From: a virus
Strand: one strand, 5' to 3'
IMG/VR virus record: IMGVR_UViG_3300005549_000002
Span: 8,613-72,612 of that record
Length of the DNA: 64,000 nt
The stretch's first letter is position 1, and each line of letters opens with the position of its first letter. Positions 29,643 to 38,925 of this stretch are shown here, one piece after another. Position numbers and translations under genes: made by a program. Below the pieces are notes generated by a model. It did not search any database, had not been told where the DNA came from, and saw only the letters and a program-made list of their open reading frames with translations.

Positions 29643-30334
29643 TCACCATGAAACGATTCGGATGGGCGCTCGCCTTGGCGGCGGCATGGCTGCTCGTGTG
29701 CACGACGGTGTGGGCGGCGGACGCGCCGGCTTTGTCGACGGCGGTGGGCCACCACATCTGGCTCACCCTCATCGGCGGACTCTTGCCGCCGCTCATCAAG
29801 GCGTTCAACGAGGGGACGCTGAACCTGCCGACGGTGCCGGCGCGCTACCGGCTGCTGCTCATCGCGGTGCTCTCGGGCATCGCGACGGCGGCCGAGATGG
29901 TCGGCAACGGCGGCGCTTGGCCGGAGGCGCTCATGGCGCTCGCGATCGCCGCGGGCCCGTCGCTCCTCATCGAGGCCGTGCACGCGCGGTGGGGCGGCTG
30001 GAAGGGCGCCACGGTCACCGAGGGGCCCAAATCGAGCGACGGCGGACCGGGCCCCAAGCTCATCTCGGTGCCGCCCCCGCGGCAGACGGTCACCCCACCG
30101 CCGCTCCCCACCACCTTGAAGATGGCGACGCTCGTGATTGCGATGGGGGCCCTGCCCCTCGCGTGCGCTGCGATCTGCCCCACCATCAAGCTCGCGAGCG
30201 ACATTTGCCCGATCATCATGGTCGAGCTGCCCGACGGCTCCCTCGAGCCCGTGCCGAAGGCGCAGATCACCGGGCTCGCGGTGCAATCGCGCGCCATGCG
30301 CACCGCGCCGCCCCGGGACGCCGGCCCGGAATAA
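29639..30334 (+). CDS. Multi-TM membrane protein, holin candidate
   Basis: Several hydrophobic helices upstream of endolysin. Confidence 0.45.
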   Translation: MITMKRFGWALALAAAWLLVCTTVWAADAPALSTAVGHHIWLTLIGGLLPPLIKAFNEGTLNLPTVPARYRLLLIAVLSGIATAAEMVGNGGAWPEALMALAIAAGPSLLIEAVHARWGGWKGATVTEGPKSSDGGPGPKLISVPPPRQTVTPPPLPTTLKMATLVIAMGALPLACAAICPTIKLASDICPIIMVELPDGSLEPVPKAQITGLAVQSRAMRTAPPRDAGPE

Positions 30335-30337
30335 CCA

Positions 30338-30574
30338 ATGGAGATCGCGCCGCTGCCGATCGGGCAGCTTGTCAACGTCAGTGAATCGCTGCGCGCGCTT
30401 TCCGATCACGCCGTCGCGAAGGACGCGATCCAGTGCGTCGTCGTGCTCATGGTGCCCGGCTCGAAATGCATCGAGCTGCGCGCCTTCGGGGCGGGGGCGG
30501 ACTCCGATCGGGCGCATGTGCTGCTCGGGCTCGCCGCCCGGCAGATAGAGGAGTGGTTCGTCGATGCGATATAG
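30338..30574 (+). CDS. Hypothetical protein
   Basis: Coupled ORF. Confidence 0.4.
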   Translation: MEIAPLPIGQLVNVSESLRALSDHAVAKDAIQCVVVLMVPGSKCIELRAFGAGADSDRAHVLLGLAARQIEEWFVDAI

Positions 30575-30866
30575 CGCGATCGTCCTGGTCATTGCCTTCG
30601 GCTGCGCCGGTCCCGTCAAGCCGGGGCCGCGCCCGATCACGCCCGCGCCCGAGGCGTGCGAAGCGGCGGAGGCGAAGCTGCGCCAGCTCGACTGCCGGCG
30701 CGACGACGGCTCGCCGTGGGCGCTGACGCCGGGGGGGACGCCCTTCGCGCCAGCGTGCCGGCGCGCGCTCGCCGACGGGCGTAACTGGAACCCGCACTGC
30801 ATCGCGAAGATCGAGGTCTGCTCGGTGCTCATGTGCGCCTACCGGGGGGAGTGCTGCGGATCATGA
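30564..30866 (+). CDS. Cys-rich predicted lipoprotein
   Basis: MRYSAIVLVIAFGC lipobox; several Cys. Confidence 0.55.
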   Translation: MRYSAIVLVIAFGCAGPVKPGPRPITPAPEACEAAEAKLRQLDCRRDDGSPWALTPGGTPFAPACRRALADGRNWNPHCIAKIEVCSVLMCAYRGECCGS

Positions 30867-31690
30867 TACGGCTTACGGGGGCGCTCCCCGACCGCGCGCA
30901 GTCACGCGAGCGCGATCGCGCCGAGTTCAATTTCGAGGGCACGGCCTCGGCGCTGCTCTACACGAGCGACGCGGATTTCGTGCAGCCGATCCGAGGGATC
31001 CGGACGCAGCCGAAGTTCCCCGATTGCGTGGGCGAGTCGTGCGCCGCCTTCATCGACGCCAAGCTCCCGGACGCGCTTTGGAGCTCGGGCGTCTCCATCT
31101 GGCGCGAAGCGCGGCGCCGGCAGGGCCTCATCGAGGTGATCGAGATCGGCACGCGCTACGAGTACGCGGTGGAGGGGCTCGTCCGGCGCGGCTGGGATCT
31201 GTACCGCGAGGGCGAGGAGACCGACGACGAGGAAGCCGGCAAGGGCGCGGCGCCGGCGGGCGATGATCTCGCCGACGAGATGTTCGCCGACGACAAGCGC
31301 CTCGGCAAAGATCTCAAGCGCTACCGGATCCTCGGGCTTGGCTCGGGCGTGCTCGACGCGGTCGACGAGGCCCTGCGCCGGGGGTGGGGCGTCGGCATCG
31401 GCACCGGCCTCTTGCCGCCGTTCTTCCAGTACGCGAGCGCGCCCGTGAAAGTCGATCGGGTGCTCGGCACCGACTACATGGGCGGCCACCAGGACAGCCA
31501 CGCGCTGCGCGTCGCGGGCCGCGCCATCACCAAGGACGGCCGCCGCGAGTACCTCGTCCAGAACAGCTGGGGCACCGACTGGGGCGGGTGCCACGCGCCT
31601 GACGGCTCTTGGCTGGCGGGCTGCGTCTGGGTGGACGAAGCGGTCATCCGCGGCGCGCACGACATCCACGTGGTCCAGGTGACCGCCTGA
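30863..31690 (+). CDS. Papain-like (C1 family) cysteine peptidase
   Basis: Q-x5-C (QPKFPDC), His (HALRVAG), QNSWGTDWG. Confidence 0.8.
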   Translation: MIRLTGALPDRAQSRERDRAEFNFEGTASALLYTSDADFVQPIRGIRTQPKFPDCVGESCAAFIDAKLPDALWSSGVSIWREARRRQGLIEVIEIGTRYEYAVEGLVRRGWDLYREGEETDDEEAGKGAAPAGDDLADEMFADDKRLGKDLKRYRILGLGSGVLDAVDEALRRGWGVGIGTGLLPPFFQYASAPVKVDRVLGTDYMGGHQDSHALRVAGRAITKDGRREYLVQNSWGTDWGGCHAPDGSWLAGCVWVDEAVIRGAHDIHVVQVTA

Positions 31691-31910
31691 GCGAGCGCCG
31701 CAAACGGGGGACGGGCACGATCTTTTTCCGCAATGGCAAGTGGGTCGCGCTCGCGCCGCAGATCGGCGGGCGCGGCAAGGCGAAGCAAGAGCGCGTCGCG
31801 CGCGAGGAAATGCGGGACAAGGCCGAGGCGCGCCTCCATGCGTGGCTCAACCGGAGCGGGCGGATCGTCCACCGCGACCCCAAGCCCGAGAAACGATCAC
31901 GGAGAACAGC

Positions 31911-32729
31911 ATGACAACGCCGAGGGACTTGAAGCGGGGGATGGTCGGCGCGGACGTCGAGCTCTGGCAGCGCACCGTCAGCTGCCCCGTCATCGACGGC
32001 GTCTTCGGCGAGAAGACCGAGCAGCTCACCAGGATGTGGCAGCAAATGAAGCGGCTGACGCCCGACGGCATCGTCGGCCCGAAGACGAGGGAAGCGGCCG
32101 CGCTCGCTTCGACGCTGCCCCCGCCGCCGCCGATCGACGAGGTGCTGCCGACGCCGGTGACCTACATCGAAGCGCGCTACTTCACCCGCGGGCGCCGCGG
32201 CGCGACCGTTTCCTGCATCGTCATCCACACCGCCGAGACGCCCGAGGGGGAGAAGACGGCGCGCGGCGTCGGCAGGTGGTTCGCGAGCGAGATGCGGGGG
32301 GCCGACGGGGAGATCCACGAGGGCTCGACCCACTACGGCGTCGACGCGAAGGAGATTGTGCAGTACGTCCGCGAGAGCGACATGGCCTACGGGGCGGGGG
32401 GCGCGAACGGCAGGGGCATCCACATCGAGCACGCGGGGCGCGCGAGCCAGACCGCCGCCGCGTGGGCGGACCGCTACTCCGAGGAGATGCTGCGGCGGTC
32501 GGCCGCGCTCGTCGCCGACATCTGCCGCCGGCACGGCATCCCCATCAAGCGCATCGCCGCCGACGAGCTCAAGGCGGGGGCGCGCGGGATCTGCGGCCAC
32601 GACACCGTCACCGCGGCCTACCCCGTCAAGGGGGGGCACACCGATCCGGGGCCGCATTTCCCGTGGGCGCACTACCTCGAACTCGTGATGGCGGCCGACG
32701 GGCTCGATCATCTCAAGCCGGGCGCTTGA
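31911..32729 (+). CDS. Endolysin: PG-binding domain plus N-acetylmuramoyl-L-alanine amidase (Amidase_2)
   Basis: DGVFGEKT/DGIVGPKT; IVIHTAE, STHY, IHIEHAG, GH, HTDPG. Confidence 0.9.
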   Translation: MTTPRDLKRGMVGADVELWQRTVSCPVIDGVFGEKTEQLTRMWQQMKRLTPDGIVGPKTREAAALASTLPPPPPIDEVLPTPVTYIEARYFTRGRRGATVSCIVIHTAETPEGEKTARGVGRWFASEMRGADGEIHEGSTHYGVDAKEIVQYVRESDMAYGAGGANGRGIHIEHAGRASQTAAAWADRYSEEMLRRSAALVADICRRHGIPIKRIAADELKAGARGICGHDTVTAAYPVKGGHTDPGPHFPWAHYLELVMAADGLDHLKPGA

Positions 32730-32977
32730 CCCGGCAGATCGCCTGCCCTCGCTGCCAAGGCGACGGCATGATCCTCGAAGCGCCCCATGTGCTGGTCACG
32801 TGCACGCGCTGCCAGGGCAGAGGGACGATCGCCGCCGCGGCCGAGGCGAAGATGCGCGAGGCCGTCACGACGGTGCCGTGCCCGGTCTGCGAGCACTGCG
32901 CCGCGTGTGACGGTGCACATATGGTCACCCCCGCGCGCGCCGTCGAGCTCCGCAAGCGGCAGCCGCCGCGCCCGTGA
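32726..32977 (+). CDS. Small DnaJ-type CxxCxGxG zinc-finger protein
   Basis: CPRCQGDG, CTRCQGRG, CAACDG; TTGA overlap. Confidence 0.55.
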   Translation: MTRQIACPRCQGDGMILEAPHVLVTCTRCQGRGTIAAAAEAKMREAVTTVPCPVCEHCAACDGAHMVTPARAVELRKRQPPRP

Positions 32978-32986
32978 AACCCTTGT

Positions 32987-33063
32987 GGGGCGGTAGCTCA
33001 GAAGAAAGAGCGCCGCGGTTAACCGCCGCGGAGGTCGGAAGTTGAAGTCTTCCTCGCCCCACC
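32987..33063 (+). tRNA. tRNA-like element with atypical anticodon arm (identity unclear)
   Basis: Acceptor GGGGCGG/TCGCCCC, D arm GCTC/GAGC, stem CCGCGG/CCGCGG with loop TTAACCG, T arm GGAAG-TTGAAGT-CTTCC, then ACC and a T-run. Confidence 0.6.
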
Positions 33064-33225
33064 TTTTTTTCTAACGCCCCTTCGCCAGAGTTTTTTCGCG
33101 AGCGCCTTCCAACGGCGCGCCCCCCGCTCCTGGCCGTCCAGCGCCCGCACGAGCGTGCGGATAACCTCGTGCGGATCCAGCGTGCGAATGGACGGCGCGA
33201 CGTACAGCTTGCCCCGATCGCTCAT
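33019..33225 (-). CDS. Hypothetical protein
   Basis: GGAGGAGG RBS; last gene of leftward operon. Confidence 0.45.
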   Translation of the reverse strand: MSDRGKLYVAPSIRTLDPHEVIRTLVRALDGQERGARRWKALAKKLWRRGVRKKGGARKTSTSDLRGG

Positions 33226-33283
33226 GCTCGTTCCCCTCCTCCGATAGCGCTACCAAACCAGCTTCACCGGCCCCCGCCCTCCC

Positions 33284-33637
33284 TCACCGGAGCGCGGGGG
33301 CTTCGTCATTTTGTACCCGGAGCGACAGGTACCGAATCTTGCCGTTCGCGCCGACGTGCGGATCGACGATGATCGCGACGCGCTGCGCGCCCATGTCCGC
33401 TGCAAACTGCCGGGCGTCGGAGACTTGCCTGATGCGCTCGTAGCGGAGGGAAAACTCGGCCGCCGCAGTGGCGATCGCCTCGAGCGAGGAAAAGACCGGG
33501 ATGCAATGCCCGACGCCGCCGGCGACGCGCAAGAGGACCGGTTGCTCGCCGCGCCACAGGAGCAGCATGCCCTCCAAAAAAACCTCGCCGACGCGCCCCG
33601 TCGGCCTCGGCGGCGAACCGTCGTCGCCCATCACCAT
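33284..33637 (-). CDS. Hypothetical protein
   Basis: Coupled leftward ORF. Confidence 0.45.
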   Translation of the reverse strand: MVMGDDGSPPRPTGRVGEVFLEGMLLLWRGEQPVLLRVAGGVGHCIPVFSSLEAIATAAAEFSLRYERIRQVSDARQFAADMGAQRVAIIVDPHVGANGKIRYLSLRVQNDEAPALR

Positions 33638-33891
33638 AGGTCGCCCTCGGCCCATTGAGAAATGCGATCGCGGTCGAGATCGACGCCCGTCCATCGCAGG
33701 ATCTGCTCGCGCGTCCACACGATGCGGTCGAAGACGACGCCGGCGGTGAGTTTCGAGTCGGCCTCCGACGTGTCGAAGTGGCCGATGTAGCCATTGCCGA
33801 CACGCGCCTCGACGTGCAGGTTGCCCTTCAACGCAAGGCCGCCCTTCAACTGCAGAACGATCGGCAGGCGCCGACCTTGACTCGTGCTCAT
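33631..33891 (-). CDS. Hypothetical protein
   Basis: RBS, coupled. Confidence 0.45.
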   Translation of the reverse strand: MSTSQGRRLPIVLQLKGGLALKGNLHVEARVGNGYIGHFDTSEADSKLTAGVVFDRIVWTREQILRWTGVDLDRDRISQWAEGDLW

Positions 33892-33908
33892 TTTTTGGTT
33901 TCCCCCCT

Positions 33909-34394
33909 TCATGCGTCTTCGTCGGTTAGATCTTCGTCGCTCGTCCGTTTTGCCATGAACGTGTCGTAGTTGTTCCGAATGAACATGACCGCGCGCTCGT
34001 GCCCCGCCTCGGCCTGCTCCCAGGTCGAATAGCGTTTCTGCAGATCCAGCCAGCCGTGATCGCGCGGTCCTCGGATCGGCGTGGTGATCGGGTAATCGAC
34101 CATCGTCTCGAACAGGAGCGGCGGGCCCAGGCGCTCGCCGTCATTGCCGATGTGGAAGTTGTGATCGATGCCGAGGAACGTCGTGTAGACGGTGAAGACG
34201 CCGACTTCGGTCTTGCCGACGCGCCGCGCCTCGGCATCATTGAACCACGCCCCCCACGCGCGGGAGTCCGCGCACGGGACCGGCGTGTGCCCGTCGAGCA
34301 CGTAGATCCCGAGGAACCGCCCGTCGTACCGCGGATCGGGCGCTTCGCGCGAGCGAACGAGCTCCAAGACCGCGCGCTTTTTCCGACCGGTCAT
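33909..34394 (-). CDS. Phage hypothetical protein
   Basis: TTFLGIDH..PLLFETM..RYSTWEQAEAGH motif string familiar from phage proteins. Confidence 0.6.
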   Translation of the reverse strand: MTGRKKRAVLELVRSREAPDPRYDGRFLGIYVLDGHTPVPCADSRAWGAWFNDAEARRVGKTEVGVFTVYTTFLGIDHNFHIGNDGERLGPPLLFETMVDYPITTPIRGPRDHGWLDLQKRYSTWEQAEAGHERAVMFIRNNYDTFMAKRTSDEDLTDEDA

Positions 34395-34684
34395 GGGCGA
34401 ACCTTGATCGGCACCACGAACGCGGGGACGTTCCTCGGTAGGATGCCGGCGTCTTTGATGTCGCAGACGAAGCACCGAAAGACCGTCTCCTCCGGCCGCT
34501 CGTACGGCGCGTCGAGCGTTGCGATCGTCGCCGCCTCGGCGTGCGAAGCGTAGAGCCTGCGGCACGCGGGGCACGCCCACGGCTCGGCCGGCCATTGGAT
34601 TCGCACGAGCTCGGCGGCGATGCGCATGGCCTCGCGCCCTTCGGCGTCGTTGCCTGCGGTGCTCGGGTGAAGGAACTTGCTCAT
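34391..34684 (-). CDS. Small zinc-binding hypothetical protein
   Basis: Two CxxC; ATGA overlaps. Confidence 0.45.
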   Translation of the reverse strand: MSKFLHPSTAGNDAEGREAMRIAAELVRIQWPAEPWACPACRRLYASHAEAATIATLDAPYERPEETVFRCFVCDIKDAGILPRNVPAFVVPIKVRP

Positions 34685-35088
34685 GAGCTCGGCACCTTCC
34701 TCGTCGGGTTGAAGATTCGCGCCGCCGTGTCGACGCCGAGCTCGCCAGGCGCGACCTGTTCGTATTCGACGCCCTCTTCATCGAGAAGCGCCTGCAGCAT
34801 CATCACGGTCGGCGCATTGCCACGCTCGATCAAGTCGGCGCCGGCGCAGAAGAGGGCCCGAAGCTCGCGCGCCGCGTCGTTCCTGAAGATGAGGGGGACG
34901 TCGTCGATCGATGCGCAGAGAGGCGTCTCGCGGTGCAGCAGCGCGAAGTGCGGATGCACCGTCGGGTTTTGCCGGCGCCACTCCCGAAGCACGCTCACCA
35001 TCATGGCGCAGCAGCGGACGTAGCTATCGGTGGGGTCCGCTTCGCCCCGCGCGACCGACGCCGCTTTGCGCCGCTCGTGCCGGTTCAT
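34681..35088 (-). CDS. Hypothetical protein (MNRHERR start)
   Basis: Coupled ORF. Confidence 0.45.
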   Translation of the reverse strand: MNRHERRKAASVARGEADPTDSYVRCCAMMVSVLREWRRQNPTVHPHFALLHRETPLCASIDDVPLIFRNDAARELRALFCAGADLIERGNAPTVMMLQALLDEEGVEYEQVAPGELGVDTAARIFNPTRKVPSS

Positions 35089-35300
35089 GCCGATGCCGCC
35101 TTCCCGACAGCGCTTTCGAAGCGTTGCCCGCAAACGGGACAGATCACGACGATGAGGATACGGGCCGGCGGCGGACCGACGTGGGCTAGCTCCGCGTACG
35201 CTTCGCGCGGGGCAAGCCAACCGCATGGGCACTCTTGCTGAATGCTGCCCGCTTCGTTGGCGGCCCTCGCGGCGACGGCGCGACGTTCGTGCCGGTTCAC
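35085..35300 (-). CDS. Small zinc-binding protein (NRHERR start)
   Basis: CPCG and CPVC; overlaps both neighbours. Confidence 0.45.
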   Translation of the reverse strand: MNRHERRAVAARAANEAGSIQQECPCGWLAPREAYAELAHVGPPPARILIVVICPVCGQRFESAVGKAASA

Positions 35301-35557
35301 GGCCAAACCTCCCGGCGGTATTCGAGCAGCACGCCCACGAGCTCGTCGAGCGCGCGCGCCGACTTCAATCGGAGCACGACCTGGACGTCGCTGGCGATCG
35401 GGATGAGCAGGTGCACTTGCGTCGTCGGGCCCGAGCCCGGCGGCCCCGGGCGCCAGTCGCGGACAGCGTACTCGTCGCCGACGAAGTAACCGGTCTTGCC
35501 GTCGTCGACCGGCTGCTCGAGGGATTCGGATGCCGGTATCGGTTGGATCGTTTTCAT
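35297..35557 (-). CDS. Hypothetical protein
   Basis: Coupled ORF. Confidence 0.45.
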   Translation of the reverse strand: MKTIQPIPASESLEQPVDDGKTGYFVGDEYAVRDWRPGPPGSGPTTQVHLLIPIASDVQVVLRLKSARALDELVGVLLEYRREVWP

Positions 35558-35581
35558 GTGCGCCTTCGCCTTCCCAAAATC

Positions 35582-35833
35582 CTAAAGCGCCTGGCCCCGC
35601 TTGACGAGCCACGCCTCGATCTCCGCCTTCGCACGGTCGAGATCGAAGTAGTAGCGCGGCCAGCCGTCCGCTTCGTCGAAGCCGAGGAAGAGCTTGCCCC
35701 AAGCGTCAATGGTCGCAATGAAGTTGCCGCGGTCGCACCAGCCCGCGCGCGGCGCGAGCCAGATGCTGCACTCGCGCCCGCGAATCATGAGGTGCCCGGG
35801 GTAGTCTTCCGGGGTCTCCCACGTCATCGCCAT
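35582..35833 (-). CDS. Hypothetical protein
   Basis: ORF in operon; PRYYFDLDRAKAEIEAW. Confidence 0.45.
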   Translation of the reverse strand: MAMTWETPEDYPGHLMIRGRECSIWLAPRAGWCDRGNFIATIDAWGKLFLGFDEADGWPRYYFDLDRAKAEIEAWLVKRGQAL

Positions 35834-35838
35834 CGGTT

Positions 35839-36285
35839 TTACCGCGCCAGCTCGAAGCGATACTTTCCGTTCGTGCCGGTGCGCGTGACGATGCCGCGCT
35901 CGACCGCCCTTTTCAGGACGCCGTACGTCAACGCCTCGTGCGACCCCTTCGGCGCAACCCGCTTGTGAATGGACTTCGCCGCGACCGGCGTCTTCTTGCC
36001 GCGCAGGAACTTCACGACGCGACCGAGGGACCCATCGGGGTCGATGCTCGTCGCCGCGTCGCCACCGTTGCCGTTGCCGTTCCTGTGCTCGTCGAGCTTC
36101 AGTAGCTTGCCGATCCGCTCGACGCCGCTCCCCGACAGCGCGGCAATGGCGGCTTCGATGCGGGCAAGCTCCGCCACAGCCGTTTCGCGTTCTTTGATCC
36201 GCTCGTCGATCTCGGCAATCTCTTTTCCGACGCGGTCTCGCTCTTGGTTCAATTGCGCGATGATGCTCGGCACCTTCGGTTCCAT
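35839..36285 (-). CDS. Coiled-coil plus winged-helix-like protein
   Basis: AAGGGG RBS; C-terminal LKRAVERGIVTRTG..YRF. Confidence 0.5.
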   Translation of the reverse strand: MEPKVPSIIAQLNQERDRVGKEIAEIDERIKERETAVAELARIEAAIAALSGSGVERIGKLLKLDEHRNGNGNGGDAATSIDPDGSLGRVVKFLRGKKTPVAAKSIHKRVAPKGSHEALTYGVLKRAVERGIVTRTGTNGKYRFELAR

Positions 36286-36354
36286 TTTGGTCGTCCCCTT
36301 TCCCGACGTCGGATCTTCTTTACGCCCGCTCGGGCAGAGGGATCAACGACAAAG

Positions 36355-36370
36355 TATCACGCGTGTAGTA
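36355..36370. promoter_or_regulatory. Repressor operator-like site
   Basis: TATCACGCGTGTAGTA matches the 16-bp motif of the immunity region. Confidence 0.5.
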
Positions 36371-36436
36371 ACGCTCGGCCAGGGTTTGCCCGTAGCGACG
36401 GCTTTCGTTTTCCGCTTTTCCCCGAGGATTTCGCCT

Positions 36437-36484
36437 TGAGAACAACCGCCAGCGAACACTTATTACACGCCACGGTTGTTCTCA
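36437..36484. other. Putative attP of the large serine integrase
   Basis: Perfect 12-bp inverted repeat TGAGAACAACCG-N24-CGGTTGTTCTCA, 48 bp, central TT, 46 bp from integrase stop. Confidence 0.65.
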
Positions 36485-36530
36485 CCACGAAATCACCGGG
36501 TGAAATGGCCTTTTCGTAGGTCCCCCCCCC

Positions 36531-38024
36531 TCAAATCAGGCCGGTTTCTGGGGAGATCTCCTCGGCCAGTTCATCGAGCGTTCGCCACTCGATCTCGGGC
36601 CGCTTGTCGCGCTCGATCTTGACCACGCGGGCGAGCAGCACGACGAGGCGCCGCCGTTGCTCCATCGGCAGGTTCTGCCACGCCCCTTGGAGCTGGACGA
36701 CATTCGCGAGCAGCGCCCGCCGGACGCTAACGTCCTCGAGCGGGGAGCGCTTCAACGCCTGCGCCTCGGCGGCATCGATCTTGGTGCGCGCGGCGTCGAA
36801 CTTCGCCATCCTCGCGCTGAACTCCTCGCGGGAGAGGTGCCCATCGACGCGCACCTCGAGCAGCCTATCGCGTTTTTTCTCGAGCGCCGCACGCTCGCGA
36901 GCGAAGTCGATCGTCGGCCGCACAATCCCGCCAGCTTTCGGCGCCAGCGCGATCTCCTTGCGCAGGTGCACGAGGCGCTCGAACATCGTCTCGCCGACGG
37001 CGCCGTCCGCCTCATGCACGGGCACATACCTCGCGCCGCAATTACGAAAGCACCGGTAGTAGTCCACGTAATTCTTGTCGGCGCCGAAGCCGCCGCCGTA
37101 CGCGGGACTCATGCGAGACCCGCACCGTCCGCACGAGGCGAGCCCGCGCAGGAGCCAGTGCTGGGTGCGCGAGTCGGTGCCCGCCTTCGCGCCGCCGAGC
37201 TTGCGACGGTCGAGCGCTGCCTGCGTTCGCGCGAAAAGTTCCGGCCGGATGATCGCGGGGTGCCGCCCTTTGATCCACACGCCAGTCGAGTTTTTGATCT
37301 CGCCGAGGTAGATCCGATTGCGCAGGATCCGGTTGACGGTCGTTTTATCCCACTTGCGCGACGCGTCCTTGCGCGCCTCGACGAGAATGTCGCCGCACGA
37401 CCACCCGCGGGCCGACAGCTGGAAGAATTCCAAGACGAGCTTGGCGCGCGGCTCGTCGAGCTCGAGCACGTTGCGCTCGACGCTGCGCGTGCGCGTGCCC
37501 GCTGCGATGGGCCGCCGGTAGCCGATCGGCGCCAGCCCCTCGACGTAGTAGCCCTGATTGCGCAGGAGCAGGCGCGTGCCGACCATGCGGAGCCTGATCC
37601 GCTTGTGCTCCTCGCGCGCCATCATCACGCGCATGTTGAGCATCGAATCGCCCTCGGGCGTCGTTGGGTCGAACATGTCGCCGACGAAGTAGACGGTCGC
37701 GCCGGCCTCGCGGATCTGGCGCATCGATCGGTAGGTGAACTCCGGATCGCGCGACCACCGATCGAGCTTGTCGCAGAGCACGAGATCGCCAGCGCGCAGC
37801 GATGCCATGAGCTGCTGCATTTTCTCGCGCCGTTCGAACTTCTCGTGAACGGCGCTCTCCGCCTCCACGTACCAGACGGCGACGCCCTTTAGGCCGCGTG
37901 ACCGCGCGTACGCTTGGAGGACGTTCTGCTGATCTTGGAGCGACGTACCGAGGGCCTGTTCGGGGGAACTGACCCTGGCGTAGCCGCGGACGCACCCGTA
38001 CTTCGGCGCCGGCGATTTGGGCAT
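36531..38024 (-). CDS. Large serine recombinase (integrase)
   Basis: YARVSS, KLDRWSR, recombinase domain (PIGY, ILRNRIYLG, HPAII), zinc ribbon CGRCG, coiled coil. Confidence 0.93.
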   Translation of the reverse strand: MPKSPAPKYGCVRGYARVSSPEQALGTSLQDQQNVLQAYARSRGLKGVAVWYVEAESAVHEKFERREKMQQLMASLRAGDLVLCDKLDRWSRDPEFTYRSMRQIREAGATVYFVGDMFDPTTPEGDSMLNMRVMMAREEHKRIRLRMVGTRLLLRNQGYYVEGLAPIGYRRPIAAGTRTRSVERNVLELDEPRAKLVLEFFQLSARGWSCGDILVEARKDASRKWDKTTVNRILRNRIYLGEIKNSTGVWIKGRHPAIIRPELFARTQAALDRRKLGGAKAGTDSRTQHWLLRGLASCGRCGSRMSPAYGGGFGADKNYVDYYRCFRNCGARYVPVHEADGAVGETMFERLVHLRKEIALAPKAGGIVRPTIDFARERAALEKKRDRLLEVRVDGHLSREEFSARMAKFDAARTKIDAAEAQALKRSPLEDVSVRRALLANVVQLQGAWQNLPMEQRRRLVVLLARVVKIERDKRPEIEWRTLDELAEEISPETGLI

Positions 38025-38170
38025 GGCACTAGCGCCTGTACCAGGATCTCGGCAATCAAGTCAAAACGGTTCACGATACGTGCTCCCCTCCGGCTATTTG
38101 CATCTGCGCGGATGTTCGGCGTTTGCAGAGATCGCGTGTTTTCAGCCTCGCGGTTTTTCGGTGTCGGCAA

Positions 38171-38380
38171 TCACGGCTGCAGCTTGCCGGCGATGAGGCG
38201 CCGGCAGGAGGGGCAGAGCATGAACAGATCGTCCGACGCCGCGTGGCGTGCCCACCAGCCGGCGCGCTCCGCCGCGTTGCGCAGGTACACCGGGCTGCCG
38301 TCTTCGCACGGCGCCTCCTCCCCGCCGCAGCCGTCGCACTTCGGCGCGTGGAACGTGACGGTCCATTTCCGAGATGCCAT
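38171..38380 (-). CDS. Small zinc-binding protein
   Basis: CDGCG and CPSC. Confidence 0.45.
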   Translation of the reverse strand: MASRKWTVTFHAPKCDGCGGEEAPCEDGSPVYLRNAAERAGWWARHAASDDLFMLCPSCRRLIAGKLQP

Positions 38381-38409
38381 TCAACGCTACCCCTCTTCAG
38401 TGGTTCAGT

Positions 38410-38925
38410 TCATTCCGAATTGCCCATGCCCAAGAGCGGCGGCATGTGCCCGCCCACGTAGGCGGCTTCGATTCCGGGCTTCAGCCACTCGCCAACGGTC
38501 TGCCCATCGGGCAGCGAGATGTCGGCGAGGAACTCGCGGTCAACGGTCGACATCTTCAGCTCTATCAATTCAAGCTTCGCCTTCACAATGAGCAGCATGC
38601 ACCGCCAGCGCGTGCGCGCCTTCTGGTCAAACTGGGCGGCGACCCACTCCGTGCGCTTGGCGGTGCTCAGGTAATTCCAGCCGCGCGGCGTCTTCAGCTT
38701 GGTATCCCAGTCGCGCTTGTCGACCGGCGGAAACTCCTCGCGGCGCGGCAGAGGGATTTGCATCCGAATCTGCCGGCCACCCAGCGAGAACACGACGACG
38801 GCGCGCCCCTTCTCGTCGTCGTGTCCCATCGCGCGCTGGGTCGCGCCATGCTTCTGGAGCAACAGGTCGAGCTCGACCTTTGTCCGCTCGACCGATACCG
38901 ATGTGTTTTCGGCGAAGGTCGTCAC
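38410..38925 (-). CDS. Phage hypothetical protein
   Basis: FAENTSVSVERTKVEL..RWRCMLLIVKAKLE..EFLADI.LPDGQTVGE. Confidence 0.6.
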   Translation of the reverse strand: MTTFAENTSVSVERTKVELDLLLQKHGATQRAMGHDDEKGRAVVVFSLGGRQIRMQIPLPRREEFPPVDKRDWDTKLKTPRGWNYLSTAKRTEWVAAQFDQKARTRWRCMLLIVKAKLELIELKMSTVDREFLADISLPDGQTVGEWLKPGIEAAYVGGHMPPLLGMGNSE

